From the NCBI GenBank assembly GCA_964247055.1, contig OZ176050.1, positions 14,818,001-14,882,000 of the forward strand: a DNA stretch of 64,000 bases, in the 5' to 3' direction. This document shows positions 40,567 through 53,900 of the stretch, piece after piece; the first letter of the stretch is position 1, and each line of letters opens with the position of its first letter. The stretch comes from Paragordius varius. Lineage: Eukaryota > Animalia > Nematomorpha. A program made the translations under genes and the position numbers. The notes below the pieces were generated by a model, which worked only from the letters and a program-made list of their open reading frames with translations, had not been told where the DNA came from and made no database searches.

Positions 40567-41120
40567 TCCTTCGATTCAAATTGGGGTAGTTGGATACCCC
40601 AGGCCTGTTTAAAATCAAATACTTTAAAAAGTATGGAAGGAATCGAAACCATGGCAAAATTTTGCACTTATATAACATTAATAAACCGAAATATATAAAA
40701 AATTTTATTCAACAATACTTGATATTACTTATTTTAAGCTAAAACCGAAAGGTAAAAATTTCGTCAACGTGACATGTGTCAAATTGTAAAATTGATAAAT
40801 TATACAAACTAAACCGCTTTTTCTATTCAATCAATGTATGATGTAATTTATATAAAAAATTAGCTTTAGTTTTACCCTTAAAATTAAATAAAGACGATAT
40901 TTTGCAAAAATGTTGTAAAATAAAAATGGCGTCGAAGTAGTTTGAGATGGAGATTTTTTTTCAAAACAAAATTTTATCAAGATATTTTGGCAGATTTATA
41001 TAATATTTATCAGGATAGAAGCATAAATTTAAAATGGGACCGTTTCCTTCAGTAGTTTTTTAAAAATAATAATTTAAAATAAGTCTGGGGTATTTAGATA
41101 CCCCAAATTGAATCGAAGTG
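40567..41120. mobile_element. piggyBac-type non-autonomous element (554 bp)
   Basis: Left end TTAG|TCCTTCGATTCAAATTGGGGTAGTTGGATACCCCAGGC; right end GTCTGGGGTATTTAGATACCCCAAATTGAATCGAAGTG|TTAA. This gives ~40-bp imperfect TIRs with a TTAA/TTAG 4-bp flank, consistent with a piggyBac TTAA TSD. Confidence 0.6.
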
Positions 41121-42323
41121 TTAAAATACAATACAAATTTAATCAATTCCTTCAAAAGGCAGCATTTATGGGTAAACAGTAAATGATTTATTTTTTCATC
41201 AAGCAAAAAAAGTACAATATTTTATAATATACTAAATATTGTCCCACCATCTAAGATTATTTGATTGATATCTATCATAATATTAAGTGCTTATACAATT
41301 GAGTCGAATTCCGTAAGACCCCCTGTCAAGTATACATTGTTCGACAAAACTGCGATTTTCTCCACATACTCGTTGGGGCTTGCATCAAATCATTTTAGGA
41401 ATTGTCGTTTAAATTGTTTTAATCTAAAATGGTGAAAACTAAATATAATTTCTATATTATGGACAAAGAATTCCGAAATGATTATTGGAATTTTAAAAAA
41501 TTGGTAAAAATTCGGTTGTCATAGCTTGATATAACAATGGTTGTTGTTTTTTAAAAATGGGAAAATAGCTTTAATTTCACTAAACCACTTCTTAAACTAA
41601 ATATTTTATTGTTTTGCTTTTAATAGGTAGTTTGTAATATGTTTAAATAATTAGGAATTAAGCATTAACTTTCATCACAAAAATTTAAAAATTGCTTGCG
41701 AATTTCGCCATTTTCTTAAGCAGTTATCACAAATAACTTTCTACTAGTCCTAAGGATTTACAAAAGTACTGGTAAGATTTTGAAACTTTTATCTATTAGA
41801 TTTAGATTATATATATATATTATATCCTGTTTTTTTTTGACACTATGGAATCATGAATATAAGTTACTTCTATGAAAGAAAAATATTTAAAAAATTGATT
41901 GGTATCCATAAACTCCGTAAAATTGTTAGTGGCTTAAATTTGTTATTAAATTTATAATATGGATAGGCACCCTAGTCTGATTATAACTAACACAAGAAGC
42001 TAAGGTTTTTAAAACATCTGCTAATATGTTACTTTAATGTTTTTTCACCTTAAAATATAAATATCTTAAATTAAATCTTAATTTTTAAGACTAAAAACAT
42101 ATTAGGTTAAAAAAATGAAACAAAAATATAAAATTTAGTTTAATTTAGGCTTCATATATGTTATATTTAGTGAATATGTATAATCTACAATGAAATACAT
42201 TAAAAGGAAATTAATTTACTTGTAAAATATTATTTTGGGGAGGCATAAATTAAAAATTAAATAATATTTTAAGTTATCATATCACTAAAATTGTTAGATT
42301 CATATAAAAACGTGCTTTTACAC

Positions 42324-45300
42324 ATGGCTGCCGGAACATTAGTTTTTGACGAATTTGGTCGTCCTATGATCTTGCTTAGGAATCAAGAGAGCAAAAAACG
42401 CTTAACTGGTTTAGAGGCTCAAAAAGTATTTATAATATTTGCCTTTTCCCAAAATTATATTGCTTAAAATATTATATATTTTGTAGTCTCATATCTTGGC
42501 TGGAAAGACTTTGGCTAATACGCTTAAAACATCTCTGGGGCCAAAAGGACTTGATAAATTGCTTGTTTCACCGGATGGTGAGATTACCATAACTAATGAT
42601 GGAGCAACCATTCTAAAGAATATGGACGTTGAACATCAAATAGCAAAATTGATGGTTCAACTTTCTCAGAGTCAAGACGATGAAATTGGAGATGGTACCA
42701 CGAGTGTTGTGGGTAGAAATTGCCATATAATAATCATTTAAACAACATTAAAGCGTTAGTTGATTTTCTGACATGGCAGGTTTTAAAATTTAAGACAATA
42801 AAATTGCAATATTTCCCTCTTTGTCACCTATTCTTATCCAAATTGAGGACTGTAGGATGTATTGAGGCCGTATATGGCCGGTTTTAAGCTTGTAAATTGC
42901 TTAAATATACTATTTTACACATGAGTTTTTTTAATATATTGCCAAATTTTTTTTATCATACCACTTTACCCATTCTTATGCTAAGTTGTTTAAACAACAA
43001 ACGACTTATTCGAATAGCAATTTTTAGTTAAAAATAAAATTATTTAAGACAAAAATTTTTCGTTGAGATGAGACCGCCGACACATTTTTGAATCTTAAAT
43101 TTTTCTCTTTTAATTTAAATGATTACAAATGGGATATGTATAATTGTTGTTTCCTAATTACATTCTCAACCGTTATTTAGTAATCCAAACCGAAGATTGA
43201 GACAATCACGGTCAAAGATTATAAAATTGTTTGTTTGAAACAAAATTTGTGTTTAGTATTTAGCCTTTTGTCTTTATAATTTGATTGATTTTTTATCTTA
43301 GTGTTGGCTGGAGCGCTGTTGGAAAAGGCAGAAGCCTTACTTGATTCAGGAATTCACCCAATCCGCATTGCTGATGGTTTCGAATTAGCAGCAAAAACTG
43401 CCGTCCAGCATTTAGAAACGATTGCCGAGAAATTTACGGTGGATCCCAAAAACCTTGAACCGCTAATTCAAGTTGCCATGACGACGCTTAGTTCTAAAAT
43501 GTTTGTGTCTCGTTTTATTTTTGTTTGATTTTTCGTTGTTTTTTTAATAAAGTAATTAGGGTTAGGATTAGAAATTGATTTAAAGTTTGCAGTAAATTTG
43601 AAATTATAAAACTAAACATGAAAAGTGAATGACATTTTTTTTCAATTTGGTAATCCTATTGTTTAATGTTTGGCTAATAAGGAATAGAGATATAAATTCG
43701 GTAACATTATATGTGTAATTTACGATTGTATTTATATAGGTTGTGTAGTGAAATTTAAGGTTATAAAGTAGGTTTTAAGTATTTAAATATTTATAGTATA
43801 GTAAGACAGTCAACCGATGGATAACTTTTGATAATAAAATTAACACCCAATACAACATTAATTAAATTTAAACGTAAAAGTTAAAAGTAATAATAAAGAC
43901 AGGCACAGGCACACTTTAACCCATTAGTTTTTCTATATATAACTCATATAATTACAAGTGTGAAATTTAAAATTAAATTGACATACCAATACTTATTACG
44001 ATTGGTGTGTTATCACTAAAAATCTTTTTTTTAACAATATGATTTAATCTATTTTAAAAAACTAGTCATTTTCTTTTTGTGTGCTTTGTTTTTGCTATTT
44101 CTATTTCTATTGGAGTCAAAAATATGATCTTTGAAAAATAATTTTTAAATTTCAAAAAGCATGGTTTGAAACTCAAATTATTACTACTTTGTGTCTTTAC
44201 AGAATTAATCGCCACCGTCATATGGCTGAAATAGCGGTCAATACAATTCTTGCAGTGGCCGATATGGAGAGACGAGATGTGGACTTTGAATTGATCAAGA
44301 TTGAAACTCGGGTCGGAGGTCGCCTCGAGGAAACGCAACTCATCAAGGGTGTTGTCATTGATAAAGGATTCTCACATCCACAAATGCCAAAAGTTGGTCA
44401 CTTTGTTTTTGCCATAAATGGAATTGCCTTATTTTAATATTGACTATTTTTTTAAAGAGTTTTACAATTAGTATTAATTTATATGTCAAAGTTTGTAAAG
44501 GTATGGTTGGCTGGCTTTTTAAACAATTCATATTCACCCTTAAACAATTCAAATTCCCTTTCAAATAAATTATATGTTTTTTAAGTTTAAAAATTACCAA
44601 TATTTTAATATATATTTTTAAAAAATAAAAATTTTGTTTTAAATTAAAATAATACTCTGAAAAATTAATAATGACATAAAGATATATTTCTCACTAATAA
44701 TGAGTTATATTAGTTTGAAAACACATGATTTATTTTTAGGGTGTGAATTTGAATTGTTCAATGAATTTGAACTGTAAATGGTGTATATATGCGCCACCAC
44801 CAAATATTTTTTGCATATCTCTCTTAGTTTTTACATTTTTGTCATCTTAGGTGGTAGAGAATGCTAAAATTGCCATTTTAACGTGTCCGTTTGAACCGCC
44901 CAAACCCAAAACTAAGCATAAACTTGATGTCGCGTCCCTCGAGGATTACAAGGCACTCCGTGATTATGAATGGCAAGCGTTTGAAAGTATGATTCAACGT
45001 GTTAAGCTGGCTGGAGCAAATATTGCTCTGTGCCAATGGGGTTTCGATGATGAAGCTAATCATCTCTTGCTTCAAAACAATTTGCCAGCTGTGAGATGGG
45101 TCGGTGGGCCTGAGATTGAAGTATTTTACAGATTAGTTTTTTTTAAAATTGTGCTTTTTTGAAAGAATTAAGCGCCTTTTTTCCCTCCTAATTTTAGTGT
45201 TTTTTGCAAACTTTAGTTTAGTGTATTATAAATATTACAGTTTAGAGTCTCTTTTTTCCTTTTTTATTAAAGGGTAAGGACTTAAATTGTATCCGGACAT

Positions 45301-47867
45301 GTGAAGGCTTTAACACTCGCCTGCCCAGGGCTGACAGTGATGATGGAAAAAATGCGTAGTTTCGGGGATCGAACTCAGGCACGCAGTGTGAGAGTCCGGC
45401 GCCCTATCATTTAGTTTAGTGTATTATATGTATTAAAAATGATTATAATATAATTGTCTACAAAGATGGTCCGAAAATTGATATTTTTAACATTTGTTTT
45501 TTACCTAATATGTTACTTACACACACACATATATATATATTGTCTAATTAGTTGGTTGCCATAGCAACCGGGGGCCGGATTGTACCCCGTTTCTCCGAGC
45601 TATCAGCTGAAAAGTTGGGATCAGCTGCGCGAGTGCGTGAATTATCATTCGGAACTGTTGGCGGGCAGGAAGCCGCTCTTTTGGTTGAGGGGTGTCCCAA
45701 CACCCGTGCTGTCACCATACTAGTTCGCGGAGGCAATAAAATGGTAGATTTATTTTTTATAAAAATAAAGTTTTGTAAATACAATCTATCCTTTATTTTA
45801 TCAAAAATTTATTTTTTATCGTTAAATGGGTCCAAATATTTGGTAAAGAATGGAAAAAACAAGAGCTCTATGGTAATTCTTATACTTTTTTTAATGAATA
45901 TGATATTGCTAATAGGAGCTGTTTTTTCAATTCTTTAACAGATATTTATCCCACTTAACGAAAAATTTTTTTTTGATAAAATAAAGTTTTTAATTAATTA
46001 TTTGTAATATATGAGAAAAGTTAAAGCTAATTTTTTAATATAAACACGCAATTTTAAGAGTTAGTTCTTTTTTATTTTCTAAACCATTTTTTGGATTCTC
46101 AATATTATTAATATATAGATGTATATGCTTAATGCGTGGTAATGAGTATTTTAATAAAAAAAATTAGGAGTGCTTGACCACATATTATTTACATTAATAT
46201 CTAGGGAAATTATTAACGACTATATGAATACGACTATATTTAACATATTGAATTGTTAAGTCTTTTATAAGAATAAAACTCGGATTATTACTTTTTATAT
46301 TTTAGGCCACATATGTGTTCAAATTATACCCTTTTACCGATGATAAGATTTTAGAATTTTCAATTTTCTACTTTTCATTTAGATTGTTGAGGAAGCGAAA
46401 CGGAGTTTGCATGATGCCTTGTGCGTGATTCGCAATTTGATTCGAGACGATCGCATCGTTTATGGTGGAGGGAGTAATGAAATATCTTGTAGTTTAGCAG
46501 TATCTCAGTTTGCTGATAAGGTAAATTTAAACAAAATTATACGGACAAAAACGTGTTAAAATAACAAGGGGCAAATATTTTTTATTTCAAAAGATTGTTG
46601 TACCATTTTAAAATTGATTTAAAATAAAATTATTGTTTTGATTTGCAAATGAGATAAAGAGATCTATATTGGTAACACAATTAGTTCTAATTTCCTTTAC
46701 TATTGTAGTTAAATAATATAGGAAAAATTAAGGTTAAAAAGTGTAATATTGACTTTTGCAAAAAAATTATTTGTCTTTATGTTTTAAAACTTTTTGTCCG
46801 TATTAATTTTAATTTTTACTGTAAATTTTAGTTTACAATATATGTGGGCCATGTTATGTTTAATGGCGTTTTTCGATATGGCCCTCTGCAAATAAATAAT
46901 TTGTTGAAAATACTAATTTTTTATATGTTTTTTGTTGAAAATATACTAACTAAATTACCTTTTAATTGAGCTATGAAATTTTGATAAAACTCATCATAAA
47001 AATTTAATAATTTTCTCTCTAAGTTAGTATAAACACTACAAAATCATACACCATATAAATTAAATTATTATAATTTTCTCTTTTATATCATATATTGCAT
47101 ATATACCAGGCTCTTTTTTAAAATTTTTATGAATGATAGAGAATTAATTAATCCAAAATATGTTATACATTTTGTCCAGATATCAAGTATTGAACAATAT
47201 GCAGTTCGAGCATTTGCAGAAGCCTTAGAGGCCATCCCTACAGCCCTGGCTGAGAATGCGGGGATGAATGCTCTTCAAATGGTTTCTTCGCTCAAGGGAC
47301 TTCAACTTGAACGCTCTAACCCAAGGCTGGGTGTAGATTGTTTCGGAAATGAAAATTATGGTTTTAAAATGATTCATTTATTTCCAATAAAGTTTTTATC
47401 GTTTAAATGTATGCATATTGATCGAGATTGATTCTATTAGAACTAAATTAACTTGTTTTTGAATCTTAATTAAACACAACAGTTTTCGTAACTGTGCAAT
47501 AAGCTGTCCTAAAAATGTGTTTTTATCGTTTTTTGATGCATTATCCTATTTATAGTTTTTTGTTTTACTTGAACTTTCTATTCATAATAGTATAAATAAA
47601 AAAACTTTTAATTTTTTTAATTTATACTGTCAGATTATAATAATTGGGCAAATGAATTGGTTAACAGCGTTATATTCTGTTTTTTTGCAATAGTAAAGGT
47701 TTAAAAATACTAAATTTTATAAACTATCTATATACTTTACAGACATGAAAAAACAACATGTTATTGAAACCTTAAGTGGAAAAAGACAACAAATTTTGTT
47801 GGCCACTCAAATGGTGAAAATGATCTTGAAAATTGATGATATCAGGTCAAAAGCTTCGCCTTATTAA
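42324..47867 (+). CDS. CCT5: T-complex protein 1 subunit epsilon (CCT/TRiC chaperonin subunit 5), 540 aa, 9 exons
   Basis: Exons: 42324-42425, 42487-42712, 43302-43500, 44203-44392, 44851-45120, 45552-45743, 46383-46520, 47180-47360, 47743-47867; 1,623 nt with consistent phases. Diagnostic sequences: [121 protein letters not shown]. Confidence 0.97.
44521..44785. mobile_element. Foldback-like element family F-A, degenerate copy in CCT5 intron 4
   Basis: AACAATTCATATTCACCCTTAAACAATTCAAATTCCC at the left and TTTTAGGGTGTGAATTTGAATTGTTCAATGAATTTGAACTGTAAATGG at the right. The spacer matches the 51902 and 54713 copies in opposite orientation. Confidence 0.7.
45231..45409 (-). mobile_element. 5'-truncated tRNA-Glu(CTC)-derived SINE with 19-bp TSD in CCT5 intron 5
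   Basis: The minus strand reads TGATAGGGCGCCGGACTCTCACACTGCGTGCCTGAGTTCGATCCCCG, containing an anticodon-loop-like CTCTCAC and a B-box GTTCGATCCC, and ends in an A-rich tail. It is flanked by the perfect direct repeat TTTAGTTTAGTGTATTATA at 45212-45230 and 45410-45428. Confidence 0.7.
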
Positions 47868-48829
47868 AGCAACATTCAAGAAACACTTTTTGTGCAAATC
47901 TCGATAATTTTATTTTTTTCTTCTGTCTTTTGTACATGCTGTTTTTTTGTAATTTGCTAGAAATTTTCGTTAATTTTTTTGAATGTAAAATAGGGTAATA
48001 AATGTTGGAGTTTATTTTTGTGATTATTTTTTTTCTTCTAAAAGGTAATTTAATTGCACATTACTATATTCATTAGATCAAGGAGTTATCATTAATATTC
48101 ATAAGATGTAAATTTTATTTTTAATTGTTTTTTCCTCCTAAAGTTGGTCTACTTTTATTATTGTTGACTGTAGGGGGTGTATACATGAATAAAGTTGATC
48201 ATATAAGATTATAAACTTAATAACAAAATGAATTATAACAACCCCCGCTCGTTATGGTATATAGTAAAAATGGAAATTATACGGACAAAACGTAAAAATA
48301 TAAAGACAAATTTTTTTTCAACAGATAACCATACTTTCTCAAACCTTAATTTGTCCAATTAAAATGATTAAGTAACAATCATAAAGCATTCAATTAATTA
48401 TGTTACCAATATACCCCACTATTTTATACTTTGTAGTTTTTATATGTGGGTACACCTGTTTAGATCGTTATGTAACGCCTTATTGTGTTAAAAGCTTATC
48501 AAGACCAAGGTTTTAACCACAACTATTTCGTTGCAGAATACTATTTTTAGTTTGTATGGCTGGATATTGGGTTAATAATAGTTGCATAAAAAAATCGTTT
48601 ATTAATTCGTAATTGGTAAATTTGAATTAATAATTATATAAATGATTGGTAAAGGCCTATATAGCAATATTTGAAGCTACTGTTAATATTACCAACTCGT
48701 AAAACAGTAATATTGAAATTAACGGACATAACATAAAATATTAGATAATCATACTTAACATCATTCGAAGTATAGTCATAAATTTTTTCCATCTTTTTCT
48801 TAAAAAAACATGTAATTTTGAAAAAAATA

Positions 48830-49790
48830 ATACTTATTCAAATACTGAACTTCGCCTCCTACACAGTTCGCTTATCTTTCAGTTAAATGACGTGCCAAAA
48901 AACGATTGTCTCTTCCGGAACCATTGTTATTGTTCAACACCTCCCAAATTATTGAAGGGCTGCTCTGCCAGGGTATGCCCCTTCGAAGTTTTAGTAGTCA
49001 GATGGCGCCAGCTGAGAAGAGGGATGCGGAAAAATATTTTATTGGAGCGATTATAAGGTTACATGGTCTAAATAAATCATTTGATGGCGAAAACGTAGTA
49101 TCACTGGGTTTCAAAAATTTATAACACACTATATCACTCTGTCCCACAAGACACAGAACATGGTATAAGTTTGATGAACTGGCTTAGCAAAGTGAAAACC
49201 ACGACTATACTGTTTTGGATTCACAAAATAATACCATTTCTATCACCCATCCCGATTCATTGCAAAAAGAATTCGTTCAGAAGCAAATTTGACCTTGCGA
49301 TTTAAGATTTGACATCTGTTAAAATTGTATGGGACTCATTTACTAATTATCTGTCCCTTTGCTCGCAGTCTTCTTTATTATTATTATTACATTTCATGTT
49401 TTCACTTTTGAGGGCGGTGATTAAAACAGGTCTGGCCATCTCTATCTATGGCGTCTTCTGCTTCTAGCTGGCAATTTACTATTTTTTTATTGCATCCATC
49501 CATCTCATTTTAGAGAGCCTACGTCTGCTGATTGATTTTGTGATAGATGCAATGCTTTTGTCAATTTAAGTATAACTTGAGTAATCATTAATAATTTTTG
49601 CAGTTTAGCGTCTTTAAAGGTATATCCACATTCTTTCACATCAAATCACATCTTTTAATATTTCGCAACCATATTCACATGTGATAATCGATATGTTTTT
49701 TATTGTTCCCGCCAAAACGATAACTTTCAACAGCCCTATTCTTCTGATGGTAATGCGATTTTTTCATGCATAACATTCGACATGCTTAAA
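48830..49790 (-). pseudogene. Heavily decayed mariner transposase fossil
   Basis: Minus-strand remnants of mariner motifs in shifting frames: MFCVLWD (cf. MLCVWWD), CYKFLKPSDT (cf. YYELLKPGET), PHPSSQLAPSDY* (cf. PHPPYSPDLAPSDY) at ~48995-49030, and QWFRKRQSFF. Many stops; boundaries approximate. Confidence 0.7.
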
Positions 49791-50920
49791 TATGATAAAA
49801 AATGAGAGGCTAGCTTTTGACGAACTCAACTTGTGTGTGTGGCTTGCCTTTTATATCAGAAGAACTAAATTGAGTCATTGTTAAATTAATCGTCTGCGTT
49901 CTGCTAACGTTTTTTCTAAATTAAACCGGTAATAATTTAAAGCTGGTAAACTAAATTATTTAAAATGCTTAATTTTTTAATATGTACATTTTTGACTGGT
50001 TATTTTTATCCAGATTAAATTGATTACAAATGATATATCATTAACCGTTTTATATCAACTCTCTAATAAAACTATACAATATATTTTCTGTCGGCTAATT
50101 TTAATAATAATAAAAATTATGCATTACTAAATTATTACTTTGATTAATTGTTATGTTAGCCAGGCAAATAATTAAGCACGATATTTTAATATATATTAAT
50201 TATATATTACGAGAACTAAAATCAAAACGCCTGAAAAAAATTTGATGGATTAAAAATATATTTTGTTTTAATTTAGGTCATTTTTTGGATAATAATATTT
50301 TTTAGGCCACGCAAGCAAATTCATTGATAAGATAATTATTTTATTATTGCAATTATACTTTAAAAAAAACAAAAATCTTCCATAATTTTTATACAGTGAC
50401 TGAAGTTGTCAAATATTTATGAATTTCCAAACTTTCCAACAATTTAGAGATAATATTGAAAATATGATGGCCACACTAACCATATAATTATTGTAGATAC
50501 ATATATATAGAACAATTCATAGCAATGCAACCAAACGAGCTATAAGTAAGTAGGTTTCTGTTGGACATATTTTCATTGTCACACAAATAACTCTTAGAGA
50601 AAATCTCCAACAAATAATTATAATTGGTCACACACACACACTATATTTTTTGCGTGTGTTTTTTGCACCATATCAAAACTATAGTAAGAGTAATGATTTG
50701 GCTTCATATCATTTTTTTGGCACAAACTTTCAGGTTTTGCTGATAATATTAAATAAAATGATTTATACGTGCATTATACCTCATTCTAATATCAATTAAT
50801 AAAATATTACTGAATTCCAAATCTAATTGCGCGATCCCAACCAAATTCCCAAAAACATGAAGATTTTTTAATTAAAAACAGCAAGTCCGACTTCAAAAAA
50901 AACGCGCAAAAATATCAGCA

Positions 50921-53900
50921 ATGAATTACGTATTAAATCAATCCTTTTCAGCGGGTTTGAATAATTCGGTTACACCGAATGTGGGAGCTATCGTTACGGC
51001 CTATTCGGCCGCCAGATACAGTAATCCAGCAACGTATGCCATTCACGAAGTTTACCTGAATAAATCGGAATATGGGAGGGAATATCCCAAAAAATGGTTA
51101 CAGTACCCGCCTCAACCATACTACATGCATAATATTTTTACACTTGTTATTTTTATCATTGGAGCCATTGGGATACCTGAAAACCTTTTTTCACTCTACA
51201 TTTTTGCCACGTAAGTTTTAGTTAACTTAATGAATCATAGCTATGAATTTACTAACACTTAAAAAGTTTTTTAAAAAACGAAATCTTAAAAATTATCTCA
51301 TTATAGGAAATGCAAGTTATCAATAAATGTTCCAAAGTTAAATATTATTTATATGGAAAATATGTGATTGGTCCTAATTATATATGCACAGAGAAAAACA
51401 ATTATGCCAAAATTTACTTTTCTTCTGTAAAAATATTTCTTAAGTTTATATTGATTTTTCATACCGCTATCTAAAAGGTTTGCTTGCACAGAATAAGAAA
51501 GGGAAAAAAATAAGAAATTTAATAGTTTCTTTAATTAAGGTAGGACATTGTAATTACAGCATAATTATACCGCTTAGTGCGCATTTTTCTCCAATAAAAA
51601 TATGATCCAAATACACTATCAAAATATAAAACAATATTATTTATCATTAAAACAATACTATCCTTAAGTTTTGTAAGATTTAGTTGATTTGACAATCTTC
51701 AATCGATCTGACCGAATTGAAAATTTACAGGTATTATGGTTAAAACTCAGTGAAATCTTTATGTTAACATAATAACCATCTAACTTTGGTCTAAACCAAT
51801 AATCACCGAAAATTTCGAAAGACCAAACAAAATAATTTTCGATCCTCAAGAACCGTGCACCATAGAATACCGACAAATATTGTATAGTTGTTAAAAACAT
51901 ATACCATTTACAGTTCAAATTCACCCAAGAACAATTCAAATTCACCCTCAAACAATTCAAATTCACCCTTGAACAATTCAAATTCACTTTTGAACAATTT
52001 AAATTCACCCTAAAAATATATTATGTATATTCGAACTAATATAACTCATTATTAATATAAAATATATGTATATGTTATAGTTTATTATTTTACAGTATTA
52101 TCTTAATTTAAAACAAAATTTTTATTTTTTAAAAATATATAAAAATATTGGTAATTTTTAATCTTAAAAAACATATATTTTATTTGAGGGTGAATTTTAA
52201 TTGTTCGAGGGTGAATTTGAATTGTTCGAGGGTGAATTTGAATTGTTTAAGGGTGAAATTGAATTGTAAATGAGAGATTATACTTATATAACTTTATCTG
52301 AAAAATAAATGAATTAAAAAGCATTTTTAGGGTGGCCCATACGCCCTTAGAGCCGCAGTTTGAATTTTGGTGCAAACTGTAAACTGTTTTGCCCAATTCT
52401 TGAAATTAATTATGTATAATGATATTAGAGAAAAATCATTACAATCTCCGTCCAATTTCATCATAATGAATCTGGCCCTGGCAGATTTGTTGATCTTAAG
52501 CAGTAACTGTCCGCTCAATTTCGTGTCGGGATTGTATGGAAGATGGGTTTTTGGACCTTTAGGTATAAAAAAGTATTTTATCATCAGAAAAACTGTCAAT
52601 GTAAATTAAAAATCTATTTTTAATATTTCCTTTCTAGTATCCCTATTTTATTTATTACTTTATTTTAGGCCAGCGACCGGTCTAATCAGATTGTTCAATA
52701 AAAAAAATTAATTTAACATTTAGTTTATGACTACCCAATTATCTGATAATTTACGAGTCCATCTTTATTTAGTTAATTTAGCCAAATATTTGTTTGGCAA
52801 GCAAGATTTTAAAAATTTCAATAATTATTCACACAAAATTCCATGCTTAATTTTAACTGCACAATTTTGACTTCATCATTCGATTGTCTTTCTCTCGCCT
52901 GTACTATCTATGCTTTATCGCAGTTCAAATATGCAATATATACATGTCTATTTTACACTTTGCCATTTAAAACAATGAGTTATATTAAAAAAATTCATTT
53001 TTTAAAAAGTATGGATGTCTTTTAGAATAAAACATTTGTATTACGTTTCCGTTTAATTTTAATTTTAACACTGTATTATGAGTAGGATGTGATATATATG
53101 GTTTTTCTGGATGCGTTTTTGGTCTTGCATCGATATGTACGATTGCACTGATAGCTTATGACCGGCTTTACAATGTTATGACTTCCTTGTCCATGAAAAA
53201 AATTAGTTATACAACTATTGGACTTTACGTGGCTGGCGTTTGGATTTACTGTACAATCTGGTCGGCAGTTCCCTTTTTTAATATTTCTTCATATGGGTTG
53301 GAAGGATTCCTCACCACATGTACTATTGATTACACTGATCAGGTTTATTTTTTCGGTTACATTAATTTAAATGAGAAAAAATGGAATTTTTAACATTACA
53401 GCAGTAGGGAATCAGGAATCCATTAAATTTAATGATTTTTTTTCACGCGCTTGTATTTCAATGATACTTTGCTGACCGCTAGGTTAATGAAAAATTTTGT
53501 TCGATAAAATTTAATCACATAATACTATAGTGTTCGAAATCTCTAGGGTAATTATTTTATTTAATTAAAATGTTGCAACTAAGTTTTTTTTCAATCTATA
53601 TGATAATAGTTATTTTTATACAATGATATTTAAGAAGTAACTATTTTTTAAGTTAAAAACCATTGATGGTATATCTGCAAAGTTTGATTTAATTTTAAAC
53701 TAATATAAAATAAACTATAAATTTTACGATATAGACGGAAATGGCAAGACTCTACAATCTCCTGTTGTTTATATTCTGTTTTATGATTCCATTGTTAATT
53801 ATTGCTGGAACATACTTTAAGATTTTCCGCATCCTGGCTGAACATCAAAGGGAAATGGAAAAACAATGCAAGACTATGAAGCAAGCTGAGAGTCGAGTCC

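Noticed and set aside
48906-49124. 72-aa plus-strand ORF as a gene
   Set aside because: It is antisense to the mariner fossil motifs and has no independent coding signal.
50780-50840. Rhodopsin core (RCSI/P3, TAATYNRATTA) homeodomain site upstream of the opsin
   Set aside because: Only imperfect matches (TAATATCAATTA, CTAATTGC) are present, which are expected by chance in such AT-rich DNA; the TSS is unknown.
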